This document shows, in pieces, positions 1 to 13,690 of a stretch of DNA of 64,000 bases. A program made the translations under genes and the position numbers. The stretch spans positions 143,840,001 to 143,904,000 of the forward strand of contig NC_043000.1 in assembly GCF_006345805.1 (NCBI RefSeq). Reading direction: 5' to 3'. Below the pieces are notes generated by a model. That model searched no databases. It saw only the letters and a list, made by a program, of their open reading frames with translations, and was not told where the DNA came from. Origin of the DNA: Octopus sinensis. Taxonomy: Eukaryota. The stretch's first letter is position 1. Each line of letters begins with the position of its first letter.

Positions 1-1011
1 GATAAATAAATAGATAGGTAGATAGATACATATATATTCATAAATATATAAACAAATATATGAATATGAATACACATATATATATATATACGTATATATT
101 ATTGCGTGCTTGTGTGTGTGCACGCTTACACAAGCACAGGTATCAGAATACACACGCGTACATACATAGAACGGTAGAAAGGTAGAAGGAGGGGGAAACT
201 AAAGATGAAAGTAATAATTAATTAAGGGAAATGATATATTAAAGATTGTATGTTGGGGTGGTTAGAGACAAATCTATTCCTGAGTACACAAACACACAAT
301 CACATGAATATGTATACGTGTATACACACACATATGTATAAGTGTATATACGCACATTCACATACAAATATATTTACATATATCCGAAACTAATAAAATG
401 CAGGAGGTTGGTATGCATTATGCAAAAGTTTCTATAGAATATTTATAAGGGAGATGTTAATTGTTAATTAATAAGGATGCTGTCGATACTAGACGAATTA
501 CTAAGTGCAAATTATCATTCCATATTCAATTACATGTATATTTACTGCTCGTCTGCTAATGCATACCGCTGATTATATAGCCAGATCATAGTAATTTTTA
601 CGTAATATCTCCATAGGCAAAGTATTTGTCAAAACACAGAATGCATATGAACGAGTAACATTGTCTAATACACATACACACACATACACACTCATCACCT
701 ATGTAAAATTTTGCTAAACTAATTTACAAAAGTACGTAAATATACCATTGAAATTTCATGTTCGACGAGAATGGAAAAATACAATATATCTATAACTATA
801 TATCTATATCTTCATATATATATATATGTATGTGCGTGTGTATACATATATATATGCACATACGACACGCACGCACACACATACATACACGTACACACAC
901 AAATGAACCCACACATACATCCCATGCACACAACACACAATTATACATACACGCACACAATTATAGATACATGTATACACACATACGCACGTACAAGTAC
1001 ACACGCACACA

Positions 1012-1276
1012 TACCTCGTTTGCACTCTCCTGTCTTTGAAAGAACTTTTCTTCACCCATTTCCTTCCGGTCATTCAAAATGTGACCGTGTGTGTAGCGTT
1101 GGCGATATTTTCCCTCTGTCTTCCCTTCTCTGGATCTTTCCTTCTCCTATGTTTCAAACGAAGAGCTCGGCTCGAAACGTTAAACCCTCCTTCTTTCCTG
1201 AGCGTCCAATAATACTATATTTGTTGCACGTCCTCGCGTTGTTGTGTTTTTTGTGCTTTCTTGTTTGGATTAACTT

Positions 1277-1277
<1 letters not shown>
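1012..1277 (+). mobile_element. Penelope-like element 3' terminal-repeat remnant with degenerate hammerhead motif, ending in (TA)n (copy 1)
   Basis: Pyrimidine-rich segment containing an HHR-shaped motif at 1151-1185 and a ~90-nt tail running into (TA)n. This layout is typical of PLE terminal repeats; the family assignment is inferred. Confidence 0.6.
1151..1185 (+). ncRNA. Degenerate minimal type I hammerhead ribozyme motif, probably inactive
   Basis: GUUU-CAAACGA-A-GAGC-UCG-GCUC-GAAAC-GUU-AAAC. Stem I is GUUU/AAAC, stem II is GAGC/GCUC, and the minimal stem III is the palindrome AACGUU. The core reads CAAACGA rather than CUGANGA (two substitutions). Confidence 0.6.
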
Positions 1278-1312
<35 letters not shown>

Positions 1313-2336
1313 ATATATAGATAGATAGATAAATAAATAGATAGGTAGATAGATACATATATATTCATAAATATATAAACAAATATATGAATATGAATAC
1401 ACATATATATATATATACGTATATATTATTGCGTGCTTGTGTGTGTGCACGCTTACACAAGCACAGGTATCAGAATACACACGCGTACATACATAGAACG
1501 GTAGAAAGGTAGAAGGAGGGGGAAACTAAAGATGAAAGTAATAATTAATTAAGGGAAATGATATATTAAAGATTGTATGTTGGGGTGGTTAGAGACAAAT
1601 CTATTCCTGAGTACACAAACACACAATCACATGAATATGTATACGTGTATACACACACATATGTATAAGTGTATATACGCACATTCACATACAAATATAT
1701 TTACATATATCCGAAACTAATAAAATGCAGGAGGTTGGTATGCATTATGCAAAAGTTTCTATAGAATATTTATAAGGGAGATGTTAATTGTTAATTAATA
1801 AGGATGCTGTCGATACTAGACGAATTACTAAGTGCAATTATCATTCCATATTCAATTACATGTATATTTACTGCTCGTCTGCTAATGCATACCGCTGATT
1901 ATATAGCCAGATCATAGTAATTTTTACGTATATCTCCATAGGCAAAGTATTTGTCAAAACACAGAATGCATATGAACGAGTAACATTGTCTAATACACAT
2001 ACACACACATACACACTCATCACCTATGTAAAATTTTGCTAAACTAATTTACAAAAGTACGTAAATATACCATTGAAATTTCATGTTCGACGAGAATGGA
2101 AAAATACAATATATCTATAACTATATATCTATATCTTCATATATATATATATGTATGTGCGTGTGTATACATATATATATGCACATACGACACGCACGCA
2201 CACACATACATACACGTACACACACAAATGAACCCACACATACATCCCATGCACACAACACACAATTATACATACACGCACACAATTATAGATACATGTA
2301 TACACACATACGCACGTACAAGTACACACGCACACA

Positions 2337-2597
2337 TACCTCGTTTGCACTCTCCTGTCTTTGAAAGAACTTTTCTTCACCCATTTCCTTCCGGTCATTC
2401 AAAATGTGACCGTGTGTGTAGCGTTGGCGATATTTTCCCTCTGTCTTCCCTTCTCTGGATCTTTCCTTCTCCTATGTTTCAAACGAAGAGCTCGGCTCGA
2501 AACGTTAAACCCTCCTTCTTTCCTGAGCGTCCAATAATACTATATTTGTTGCACGTCCTCGCGTTGTTGTGTTTTTTGTGCTTTCTTGTTTGGATTA

Positions 2598-2602
<5 letters not shown>
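2337..2602 (+). mobile_element. Second copy of the PLE-like terminal remnant, with HHR-like motif at 2476-2510
   Basis: Same sequence as 1012-1277 at offset 1325. Confidence 0.6.
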
Positions 2603-2641
<39 letters not shown>

Positions 2642-2684
2642 TAATCCAAACAAGAAAGCACAAAAAACACAACAACGCGAGGAC
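2555..2684. repeat. Perfect 130-bp palindrome (48-bp arms around (AT)17)
   Basis: 2555-2602 (gtcctcgcgttg...ggattaacttt) is the exact reverse complement of 2637-2684 (aaagttaatcc...caacgcgaggac). The spacer 2603-2636 is itself self-complementary. Confidence 0.97.
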
Positions 2685-3284
2685 ACAGTCTCCACATAGC
2701 TTTTGGAAGAGAAATATATTGGCAAGCAAGGTAATTAGTAATTTCATCGTGAGCTGGAAGATATATTTAATTCCTTTCACGAATGAACAAGTTTCTACAT
2801 TAATGTGAGCTCTGTACTTTTGAAAACTGAATGACCTCCAGCCTGAACAAGTCAATGCTTCCGACTCATATTGAAACTATCATTCATGCTGACGTTTGAT
2901 TCATTAAATAGTTGTGATAAAAAGTTCTCAAAAGTATATGTACCGTTCGATGAGCTATGTCTTTTGCCCTAAATTCATACAAATGACCTCAAAAAAGGAA
3001 CGCACACTGAATTATTTTTTTTTCTAGTCATATTCTTTTAGTTGTTCCATCATCTACACTTTCTCAGCACGAAGGCTTTCTTAAAAATACATTAGGTATA
3101 TATAATTTTAAGCAGAACCCTCAGACACCACTGCCGAATATAAAACAGCTTATTCGGTAAATCATATATTATCATATGTATATAATATTTTCTTTTCCCT
3201 CCTTAAAATCTTTAATCATATATCTGCCCAAGATAGCAATAATTTTGATAACTCTCATGCTTATCACCAACACTATTTTATATT

Positions 3285-3575
3285 ATCTCCATCATCTTCA
3301 ACATCACAATCAACTTCACCAAGATCATCTTCATCACCCTCAACCTCATCTTGATCATCATCATTAATATTTTTCTCAGTATTATTATCAAATTTCTTCT
3401 TTTCGTTGATTTTCTTCTTCTTCTTCTTCTTTCTTCTTCTTCTTCTTCTTCTTCTTCTTCTTCTTCTTCATTTTCTTATTTTTCTTCTTCTTTTTCTTCT
3501 TCTCCTTATCATTATTATCATTACTGAATAATAAGAACAGATGCAGTAGCTGCAACAGCAGTACCACTGAATTCC
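3285..3575. repeat. Compound trinucleotide low-complexity tract (CAT/CAC, then TTC, then TTA/GCA)
   Basis: Visible repeat units; these produce the poly-H and poly-K/E pseudo-ORFs. Confidence 0.85.
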
Positions 3576-3633
3576 TCATCCTTCGCCTAATCGAAATTTT
3601 TACTTTCTAAAGATACTCACGCACACACAAACA

Positions 3634-3679
<46 letters not shown>

Positions 3680-4263
3680 AAAAATACACCCACACATACA
3701 CACACACGTCACATGAAAGGTGAAATAATAATAAAAAAAAATTATGAAAACAAACATAATTTTCAATTTGGAAAATTTTAGATAATGATTTAGTGATAGG
3801 AATAATAATAAACAAACACAATTATTTGCAATAAAATTACATTACGTAACATAGAATTTCAATTTGATAGGAACTGCAAGTTGATGAGAATGTTTGAATT
3901 TTTCTCATATACGATACTGCAAATGCTATCTAAGGTATTAGCTTCTCTAGCACAAAGGTGAAGCGTACAGGATGAATAAGGAAAGAAGTCGGTAATTGCT
4001 TATAAACTCAGTAATTTATTTACGTGTACCTAATCTTCCACTTTCTGGTGAAATAATTTTGTATTCGTTTTTTTTCTTTCAACGAAAATTTATTGCTTTA
4101 TATATGTTTCGATATCTCAGTGTATTTTTTATAGATATACGCATACATATGTATGTGTGCGTGTATACACACAAACACAAACTTACACTCACACATATAT
4201 AAATACATACACGTACAAACGTACACATATCTATATCTAAATATATATATATGATTATAAATA

Positions 4264-4330
<67 letters not shown>

Positions 4331-4340
4331 TATATATATA

Positions 4341-4410
4341 TGTACATATATATATGTATGTACATATATATATGTATGTACATATATATATGTATGTACA
4401 TATATATATG

Positions 4411-4432
<22 letters not shown>
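4341..4432. repeat. 18-bp minisatellite (tgtacatatatatatgta) x ~5 inside a TA field
   Basis: Direct reading; translates as the repeated CTYIYV motif in the ORF track. Confidence 0.85.
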
Positions 4433-4448
<16 letters not shown>

Positions 4449-4478
4449 AATATATACATATATATAATATATATATAT

Positions 4479-4618
4479 AAATATGTGTGTGCGTGTGTGT
4501 ACGTATATAAAATTATATTAATATGAATACTAGCATGTGAACACAAATATCATACATGTATATATATATATATATATATGTATATTCACGTATATGTATC
4601 TGCACATCTAGGAATATG

Positions 4619-4682
<64 letters not shown>

Positions 4683-4915
4683 TATATATAAATATGTGTG
4701 TGCGTGTGTGTACGTATATAAAATTATATTAATATGAATACTAGCATGTGAACACAAATATCATACATGTATATATATATGTATATATATACACACATAT
4801 ATATACATATATATAATATATATATATATATATACATGCATGTTATTTGTGTTCACATGCTAGTATTCATATTTAATATAATTTTATATACGTACACACT
4901 CGCACACACATATTT
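4479..4915. repeat. ~82-bp segment present as two direct copies (4479-4560, 4690-4771) and one inverted copy (4833-4915)
   Basis: aaatatgtgtgtgcgtg...gaatactagcatgtgaacacaaatatcatacatgta occurs twice. Its reverse complement, with a few mismatches, follows after (TA)n. Confidence 0.9.
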
Positions 4916-5005
4916 TATATATGTATATTTTCTACATGTCTCTACCTATCTATCCATATATCTATCAATCTTTCCATCTCGCCCTTTCCTTCGTTCTGTA
5001 TATAT

Positions 5006-5048
<43 letters not shown>

Positions 5049-5067
5049 TTAATCTATAATCTGTCGA

Positions 5068-5640
5068 CATATTCAGATAAGAAAAGAAATGGAGCAACAA
5101 TTAACAACTAGAAGTTTATAATTGGTATTAAAAGATCAGAGTTTAATTGTAGTTCAAAAATATTTACAGCTGTTTCAGTTTGTTATTTCAAAGTAAATTT
5201 GCATTTATCTCGTTCCATTTAACAAAAATCGTCAGAATGATTTAGCGTTTATCGGAGGAATCTTTGCTGTTGTTGTGATAGTTGGTCTTTGTTTGGTTCT
5301 TTTTATCATAGAATAAGGCTTTCCATCGTAATCGTTGGGTGGAATCTATGAATTTCGCAATGACTTCTTTTAGGTTTACATCTTTTGGTGGAATCGGTAT
5401 CTTGTTTTCAACTGAAATACTGTGGAATGAGCTAAAGTATTTTGTTAATATTAGATCCAAGATGATTTTATTATGTCTTGTTGTTTTGAGCACTAGCAGT
5501 GTTAGGAAAAGAATGTGAAGTTCCGAAAGAAAATGCAATACTTCATGATCCGCAATGGTTTTGGACATATTACTTTGATCCAGTGATTCCTTTTTGAGAG
5601 TGGATTAGAAGTGTAAGGAAAAGAATAAAATAATTTTGTG
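5068..5640 (-). mobile_element. Non-autonomous Penelope-like element: N-terminal ORF fragment followed by a hammerhead and tail
   Basis: ORF 5242-5568 contains KIPIPPK...VIAKFIDSTQRLRWKALFY, resembling the KNIPIP...RMRWKA.FF region upstream of the RT domain in PLE ORFs (recognised from memory). An HHR starts immediately after the stop codon. Boundaries are approximate. Confidence 0.65.
5157..5243 (-). ncRNA. Type I hammerhead ribozyme with palindromic short stem III
   Basis: Minus strand: AAAUCAUU-CUGACGA-UU-UUUGUUA-(long loop)-UAACAAA-CU-GAAAC-AGCU-GUA/AAUAUUU. The CUGANGA and GAAA boxes are intact, stem I has 7 bp with one bulge, stem II has 7 bp, stem III is the palindrome ACAGCUGU, and the cleavage triplet is GUA (5165-5167). 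Confidence 0.8.
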
Positions 5641-7546
5641 ATGATAAAAAAAGATGACGATTTTTAAAAAATATATTCAGGTTTAAATATCTTACAATAA
5701 TACTCTATTCTGTTGTCAATATATAAAAAGAAAACTTGTATAATTATCATATATAAAATATGTAAGAGTGACAGAAGAAAAAGCGGATATTGGTATCAGA
5801 TGGAAAAAAGAAGTTGGGATATATTTGTTGACGGCTTCTCGCAAACAAAACCGCAATTATTTATAACGTAAATGGCGGATATTCAACAAGATTTTCTTTG
5901 CATTTCGGCACGAGAACTGTCGTGGATATTTTAACTGACAGCCCATAAAAACCTCCTAAAAGATGCCATAGGTTGTAATGGGTTTTGCATAACTGGTTTA
6001 GCAAATGTGGTTATATTACTAACGAATGTGATAATATTCGCTCATATGTGTATATAAATCTAATCAGTCGCAGTTGCATAATACACCTTTGTCAACAAAA
6101 GTAAAATGGCAATCGTTATATCATTTGTTGTTATCTTTTATTCACAGCGTGACTGTGACACCGAGCGGAAAATCGAATTCCATTAATAATATGTGTGTGT
6201 ATGAGTGTGTATGTGCGTCTGTGTGAATGTGTTCATGTGTGTTTATATATATATGGGTATGTATATATATGTATGTACATATATATGGATGGATGTGGTT
6301 GGTTGGATTATTGATTTAAGTATTCTTTCGTATTAAGGATATATATTTGATTGTGCATATTAATGTTATAAGCATGGTTTAGAGACTGCATATAATTTTA
6401 TAACATTGTTTTGCGATATGAGGTATTTACCTGTATATACCCTCTACCTGATGAAATACTACATAAATTATATATAATGTTAATGCACATTTCGAAATTT
6501 TGAGAAATCTTCGAAATTTATAAAGAAAGGAAGGTAAACGCGTTTGAAATGTTTTGTTTTGTTTCTGTTGTTTCGGTTCTTTCCACCTACGTAAACAAAT
6601 CAAAAATATGCTTTCTCTGCAATGAGGAAATCAATGTTGAAAATCAAGCCTTCTTTGACGCCGAACAGATGAAAAGTGTTAATGCTGAATTATACATTGG
6701 AAAATAAGCTTCAAATTCACTTCGTACACAAATAAGAATTACACTACACAGATAACAGAGCACTGTAAAAAAAGCATATTTACATCGAATTGCGTAATAT
6801 TCTCTACCTGGCGAAAGAAAATCTGCAAGTCCCAGCGAGATAGTGTACACACTGTCACTTAACTTTATTAAAATTCAGAAGCTATATCTGCCTGAAATCA
6901 CACCCTTAATCATAGTGAAAATTGGCATAATGTATACGTAGTGTGATTTTATGTTTCCTGCAATGTTCACGGTCCGCTTGTCATTGTTCGTGTGTATTTA
7001 CACGTAATGCTGATCCATGTTTAAATAATATCTAGTACCATAAAATTATTTTCCTGCGTGTAGATACATATATATAAACACTTGGCCAATGATTATTTTA
7101 CTAAATGATGGTGCTTTCGAAAATATATTTCAGTACCAACTTCTTTAACTACAGTTACTTAGAAGCGTAAATTATATGCATCAGACCTTCCCTATGTCTG
7201 CCAATATTATTCCTCCAGCAAAAGTGTAATTTTGGCAAATGTTGCTAGAAATAGCAATCAAGTAAGCGACTAATAATTACGCCGATTGCTTTCTAATTGG
7301 AGATGCATACTGAATGTTTTATTTTTAAATGAGAGACGTTCAAGTAAAGTGTGTAATCGTTCACACCATAGAGGAAATGAAGACTTAAATAATACAAGTA
7401 TATGTGCATAAATTGAGCACTAACTACTAACAAAAGTGCATTGTTTCGAAGCTGCAACTCATTATAAGGCGATGAAATATTGTCTCACTTGATACTAAAT
7501 TATAAACATTTGACAAATCTTAGCTACTCCGATATAAATACCTTGG

Positions 7547-7581
<35 letters not shown>

Positions 7582-7590
7582 ACACACACA

Positions 7591-7631
<41 letters not shown>

Positions 7632-8796
7632 AACACACATGCACATACACAAACTTAGAAGCAAAATAGAAGCATTGATATAATAAGTACTGGTGATTGT
7701 ATTGCGTTTATCGTAACACACTTTTGGGTCGAGCGTTTTTCATTCACTAAATTGAATGTTTAAAACCGAGTAATGGATACCGTGGTCAATGGATAACAAT
7801 AGATGTAGTACGAATATGGATTATCTTATAGGCAAAGTGTTATGATAATTAAGGTTGGAAAACAACACAGGGAGACACGTTTCAGAATCGATTACCGGTA
7901 AGCTTATCAGTACTTTACAAATTGAAAGTAAAATTTTAGAAATGAAAATAAAGAATCTGGCCAAAAATTTAAGTGGTTTTCTTGTTAATGAGATTGCATC
8001 CAAAGTTGGCCGTAGTAGCCCTTAGATGATAATGTCTTCAAGAGGTTAACTTTGCAAAATTATGGCATTTCTCTATAATATCATTTTTGCTCCAAGGCTA
8101 CATTGCGATCTGCTATAAAGATCTTGACAACTATTTTTCTATATGGCAGATTGGAAAATGGGGAGGCGAAAGACAGCTTTCTAACTATTTGATGTTTATA
8201 GAAGCGCGAGGTAACCTATCACTCGTATGCGCGATGCAAACTTCCCGACTCTTTACAAAATCAATACATAATGAATCCAGGTGATGAGCTTAGATATAAA
8301 TGCAGCATGCAAGTAAAAATTGCTATCGGATATATTTACATCGCATTTAACCACAACATATTATTCTTCAGCAGTTTCAATAATAGACCCATTTGCCTTC
8401 ATTTTAAGCTTACTTTATCCAATATAGCGATCCGAAATTATGGTTTCCTACACAGAATGAATCGGCCATAATTAATGTTTATGCATTATATTCATACTGA
8501 ATCTAAATAAAATAAGGTTTCATGGTGATCTTGAAAACCAAACATATCTCTCTCAAAAGTAGGGGATTATGGTTGTGAATCGAAACTATTCTACTAACTC
8601 TGGCTCGTAGAATACACACACACACACACACATAGATATATATAAGTGCATGTATGTGTGTGTATATATGTATGTTTGCATGTATGTTTATATATGTATA
8701 TATATATAAATAGATATATATGCACATATATTTATACATATAGGTTTGTATATATATATATGTATATATATATATAACTATATCTATCTATTTATC

Positions 8797-8864
<68 letters not shown>

Positions 8865-8934
8865 TTTCTATAATTTATTTACTCAGGTTACATTCACCAA
8901 CAAGCTGGCCACAATAAGACTATTGTTTGAGATT

Positions 8935-9075
8935 TAGGCCCAAGATCGGTATATTTGAAGGAAACAGCAGTAGTCGACACCAAAGAATCCAGTACTTAAC
9001 TGGTAATTACTTTCATTGAACCTGAAAGGATGAAAGCGAAGATGCTTTCGCGGTATTTGAACTCAGAACGTAAAA
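8935..9075 (-). mobile_element. Degenerate SINE, family D (Nin/Deu-like central domain)
   Basis: The reverse complement has a B-box-like ctgagttcaaatacc followed by ctttcatcctttcaggttcaatgaaagtaattaccagtt, matching other copies in the window. Confidence 0.6.
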
Positions 9076-12000
9076 AGCCATAAATAAATAATGCGAAATA
9101 TTTTCCGACGTTCTATTCTGCCAAGCACCACCATAGGGTACGATACAATAATGTTCACGGCCAAAATTATCCTTCATTATTCTGCATGAAAAAATGTCTT
9201 TCACTTCTGTCTTGGAAAAATCGGGGAAAGTAGTATAAACAAAGATGCATAAATGAAAATATGGGCCATGCGTAGAAAGTTAATAATTCCGTACGTTAGT
9301 GTTACTGATTTTCTTCTACTAAATGTGCACGTGAAATATGAACAACTTATTGAAAATATAAATATTAAAGAAAAGAGGAAACCTTTTCCGATTAAGTAGT
9401 GAATCCTATTCGTAGACTATTTAGCAACACATTTGGCCTCGCGACACAGTCATTTAGAGAAACATGATTAGCGTACACATACAAAAAAGTTATGTTTGAT
9501 TGAGTGAGTCTGTGTGCCTATCTGTGTATCCATTTATTTGTCTGATTGTCTGTATTCCTATCTATTTGTTATCTAATAAAAACAGTTGTATTTTGTATTT
9601 GTGCAGTTTTAAATGGATGTAAAACGACGAGTAAAAAAAGAAGTATGTAGAATTGAAATCGAATATATACTGCAGGTTAGAAAGTGCTGAGGGGTGACTA
9701 GAGACGTGATAAATCATTTTGGTACAGCAAGATAAATGGTCATTTATCTTCATCTAATAAAGACTAAAGACTATGTGTCTGTATAGTAAAATTCGACCCC
9801 ATATTTTAGTAGAGCTCATTTAAATTGCTTTATATTTATCAGTATTCTCTCGGTAATTCATCTACACTTTCTCGCTCAAGTTCTCTTAATTTATTTATGT
9901 CTATTTCTCGCTTTCTAAAACTTTTTCGCTTTCCCCATTTTTCTTTATTTTCTCTTTCAAGTTTTATTTTTTATTTTTTTATAGTTTATTTTATTTGCTT
10001 TTTTATATACTAATCAATAGCACAACATAATGTTGTTGAGCAAGGAAAAAGCTCCTTGTTTCGACTTTTAGTTGACGAAAGTTCACTTTTCTAAAAAGAG
10101 CAATCCTTTTGGGAAAACATAAACATTCCAATACTACATTATACCTTTCCCTGATATTTAGTGTCCACATTCTCACTGTAAGAGAAACAAATATGATTAC
10201 TGAAACAGGTGACGCAGAGCAAAACTCTATGATTGTACAATGTAACTTGTTTTCGATTGTCATTTCGTGTACAATAACTGTTTCATTCTTCTGAAATATA
10301 GCAGCTTTGCGTGATATCAGATGAAAGTAATATTAATAGGACAACAGAATGTGTCAAACATGATACCGATGTGAGAATATAAAGTCTATGAAGCTAGTTT
10401 CGATTTTACTTGGAGGCCCTTTACGACAGTGGCGTAGCGACAGTCAGAATGTTATTCATGTCAGACTATAATTTGAAGTAGATGATCATTAGGAAAATAT
10501 ATTATACTATATGCATCTCATAATAGTTTGAGAGTGCATTGTGTGAGATACGGCTCAGCTTCACACAACCTCAATACATGTTTTAGATTAGCAAATGTGA
10601 CTATTTACTACTCAGTAATTCTAAGATAAAAGACGAAAGGGTTGTAATATTAACTAAACAAAAAACAACTCTAAACGAATGTAATAATCTATGACAATAA
10701 TATATATTGTCAGGGATATTGAGCAGGCAGAAACGGTAGGGCGGAGAATAAATACGTTACACTATTAGTAATGTTCTTTTGCATAATTCTTACCCTGAGG
10801 GTGGAGAAAGAAAATTGTAAAATTATTTGAGAACGTTTTACATTTCTAAACCTGGACCTTGAACTACAGTTAGAAATCAATATTATTTCATACCTACAAT
10901 GGCAGCAAATTGGCAGAAATATGAAATAGCCAGATGATGTATGTGTATTGAGTAAGGTCTCCCTCTAAGTTTTAAATTAAAACACAACCGGAGTCTAATT
11001 TACCCAAGAAAATGATTTTCTTGGAGCCATGGCCAGACTGATTATATTTTCCTTCGTTTTGTTAATATCTTAGCTGCTCAATATTTGACAAGATTACAAG
11101 TGAATGCCAGTTTCTTTTACATTTCTGATATCGTATTTGAAAATATTTCAAACGTTCGGAGTAGTAAACGAAATTTTGGTACAACAAAAAATATGAAACA
11201 ATATATAGATATATGAAATTGTTGAAGAAGGAAATGCCATAGTTTTTAAACCACACGTTATAAATCCACAAGAGACTTCATCACTATCAATTCACTTAAA
11301 ACTGCGAATGTGATGGTTATTTTATACAATTTAACAATAGTACATAATAGCACAACTGATTTACAATCATATAAAAATCTAAGAAATAGAATCTAGAAAA
11401 ACTTATCATCTTTACTACCTAAACTTGCTAGAAACAACAACCAAATCATCATTAAATCATAAACGAGTGCTATCATAATTGCAAAATACCAATAAATACA
11501 GTATTTTTACAAAAAGAATATCTGGCGGTGCCTGAACCCCATCAACTAGATAATGTTATAGAAAAAATTGTCCAAATAGACCAAGACAGACTGTCCTCTG
11601 GAAAAATGACATTTTGACAATGTTATGATATTTTTCCATATATGATATTCTCAGAAAACCCAGGCCACTCTCTAGTCTATATTTTGTAGTTTCGTATTTA
11701 TTGTGTAATACTCTCTTCCATCATCGTATAAATACTAACATATGTTGCAAAAATTAATGTAATTTTTTATTGTTACAATTGTTAAGAAAGATTATATGTA
11801 ATTTCTTTGAATATGTGCTATGCATATTTTTGTTGCTTTTCATTGTGTGAATTTTTAGCTTACTTTGGAATGCAATAAAATTTTCGTCGTATTTCTAAAG
11901 ATCAGATAACAAAATATTCCATTGAAACGAATATATTCACATAATTCTTTAAGATATTGATATTTCTTGTTCGACTTTTGATACAAGGCGTAATCTATAA

Positions 12001-13498
12001 ATGTATTTGGTAGTCGCAATAAAAAAGTTTCTTTCAAATTAAACATTTTTTCTTTCTTTTTCAGAATTTAATAATTTGAACGGTAGTGATTATGTCAATG
12101 TACATCTGTAGGGCAAAATTGAATATTGTAATACATACATTAGTGTATATATATATATACTCATAATTAATAAAAGAGAAAATTTGGTCATGGTGTACAC
12201 ATTTATAGCAAATCGAAAGATGTTTCAAAGTAGACAGTTAAGTCCAACGTAAAACTGACCAGTACTATCTTGTGTATTAAATATCGGCTCGAAGAAATTC
12301 CATTGTGAGTGAATTTAGAGAAATCATCAGAATGTAGTGAGGAGATTTTAAAGAAATTGCATTAATACAAAGCTGTCATAGCACTGTCGACTTAACAGAC
12401 AATCGATCGTGTCAACTATTCTAAAGTGATATAGATAAGTGAAGTATTGATTCCGCGTGCTATTTACGATTGTAAAAGATTGATAATTAATATATTGAAG
12501 GAACACCACTTGTAACAAAGAAGTGAGCATTATCTGTAAAAATAATTGCTGGTATTACTGGAATGGGGATTGGTTCTTATATGTCCAAAATATTATGAGT
12601 AAAAAAACTTGGCTAAATTGTGGAGACATCTACGTATTCTTCTTCGCCAGCTACGAATCTAATAAACATTACAGAAAATGTTGCATACACATAAATATTT
12701 TTCTTTTGTGTTCGAGTACTCATAGTATCATTGGAGACACCAAAGTTTGTAAGAGTGATACAAAAAAAGTTTTATATTTTGATTGATGCTTATTCAATAC
12801 TCTCCAATCTTTGAATCAATTTAGCCAATATTTCAGAATTTCTTGAATGGCAATGTTTTACCAATTGGGGAAAAGTGTAATAGTGAAATTTTTGTGAAAA
12901 GAATACAAAGGTATAACGGGAAAATATCATTACAATTGGTGTTCATAAGTATACTGTATTAATATTAAGTTATGTGTACTCTGAAAATGGGTTTTCAAAA
13001 TTGTCAGGAGCTCTTATTACTTGAAACTACTACATCTATTTATGTATGTGAATATATGATGGGTTATGTATTTACTTCTTTGGTTTGCTTTTCACGCGCC
13101 CTACAATTTTAGGAAATAAGAACCACATAAAATATAAATGGGCGAATAGAAACAAATGAACGAAATATACAAGAAATCTAATGTATTTATAGTGCCTACT
13201 TGGCATGGAATTGGCGATGAATTTGCTAGAAGGTCTTCCTTTGGTGTTATTTGTGGTTGTAGTTTTCGTGCTGCTGCTCTATAGAGTAGTGGATGTGGAA
13301 GCATAATTCAGGTTAACGATACAATTAAAGGTGGTATTGACCGACGTAATATTTATTATTGATATGATAGTATAGCAGTAAGAATAATTGTGATGGTGGT
13401 TGATTATTTAAATCAGAGAAAAGTAGTAGGCCTAGTGGCGATTGTGAAGTTGATTTATTTTGGTGACGACAGCGCATCGTCATTACTGTTACTTCTCT

Positions 13499-13690
13499 TA
13501 AGGCGATGAGAAGGCTGAATCAGAACCATGCTGGACGGAATTCCCAGTGGCATTTCTATCGTAGCTATGTTCTTTGCCTTTTATCCTTTTGATGTCCATG
13601 AAATAAGTATTATTTGAGCATTGTGGTAGATGTAATCGACTGTACCCCTCCCCCAAAATTTCAGGCCTTATGCCGATAATAGAAAATATT
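13499..13690 (+). mobile_element. Degenerate SINE, family D
   Basis: Head aaggcgatgagaaggctgaatc, core ctttgccttttatccttttgatgtccatgaaataagta, tail gatgtaatcgactgtacccctcccccaaaatttcaggcctt. Confidence 0.6.

Larger units (their letters stand above)
1..2636. repeat. Near-identical tandem duplication, unit ~1325-1327 bp (copy 1 from <=1 to 1327, copy 2 from 1328 to ~2636)
   Basis: The sequence at position 1 (gataaataaatagataggtag) recurs at 1328, and identical ORFs recur at offset 1325 (758/2083, 771/2096, 804/2129). The differences I could find by eye are two single-A indels (gcaaatt vs gcaatt; cgtaatatc vs cgtatatc) and the TA-tract structure. Confidence 0.95.

Noticed and set aside
6443-6510. 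CTGATGA ... CGAAA hammerhead-like spacing
   Set aside because: Stem I and the cleavage site do not pair convincingly.
12740-12860. Possible very old mariner 3' end on the minus strand
   Set aside because: Only a faint GEY-like motif; no TIR pair could be confirmed.
13205-13306. 33-aa hydrophobic small ORF MELAMNLLEGLPLVLFVVVVFVLLLYRVVDVEA
   Set aside because: Lies in decayed GTT/GTG/GCT triplet sequence, which explains the hydrophobicity.
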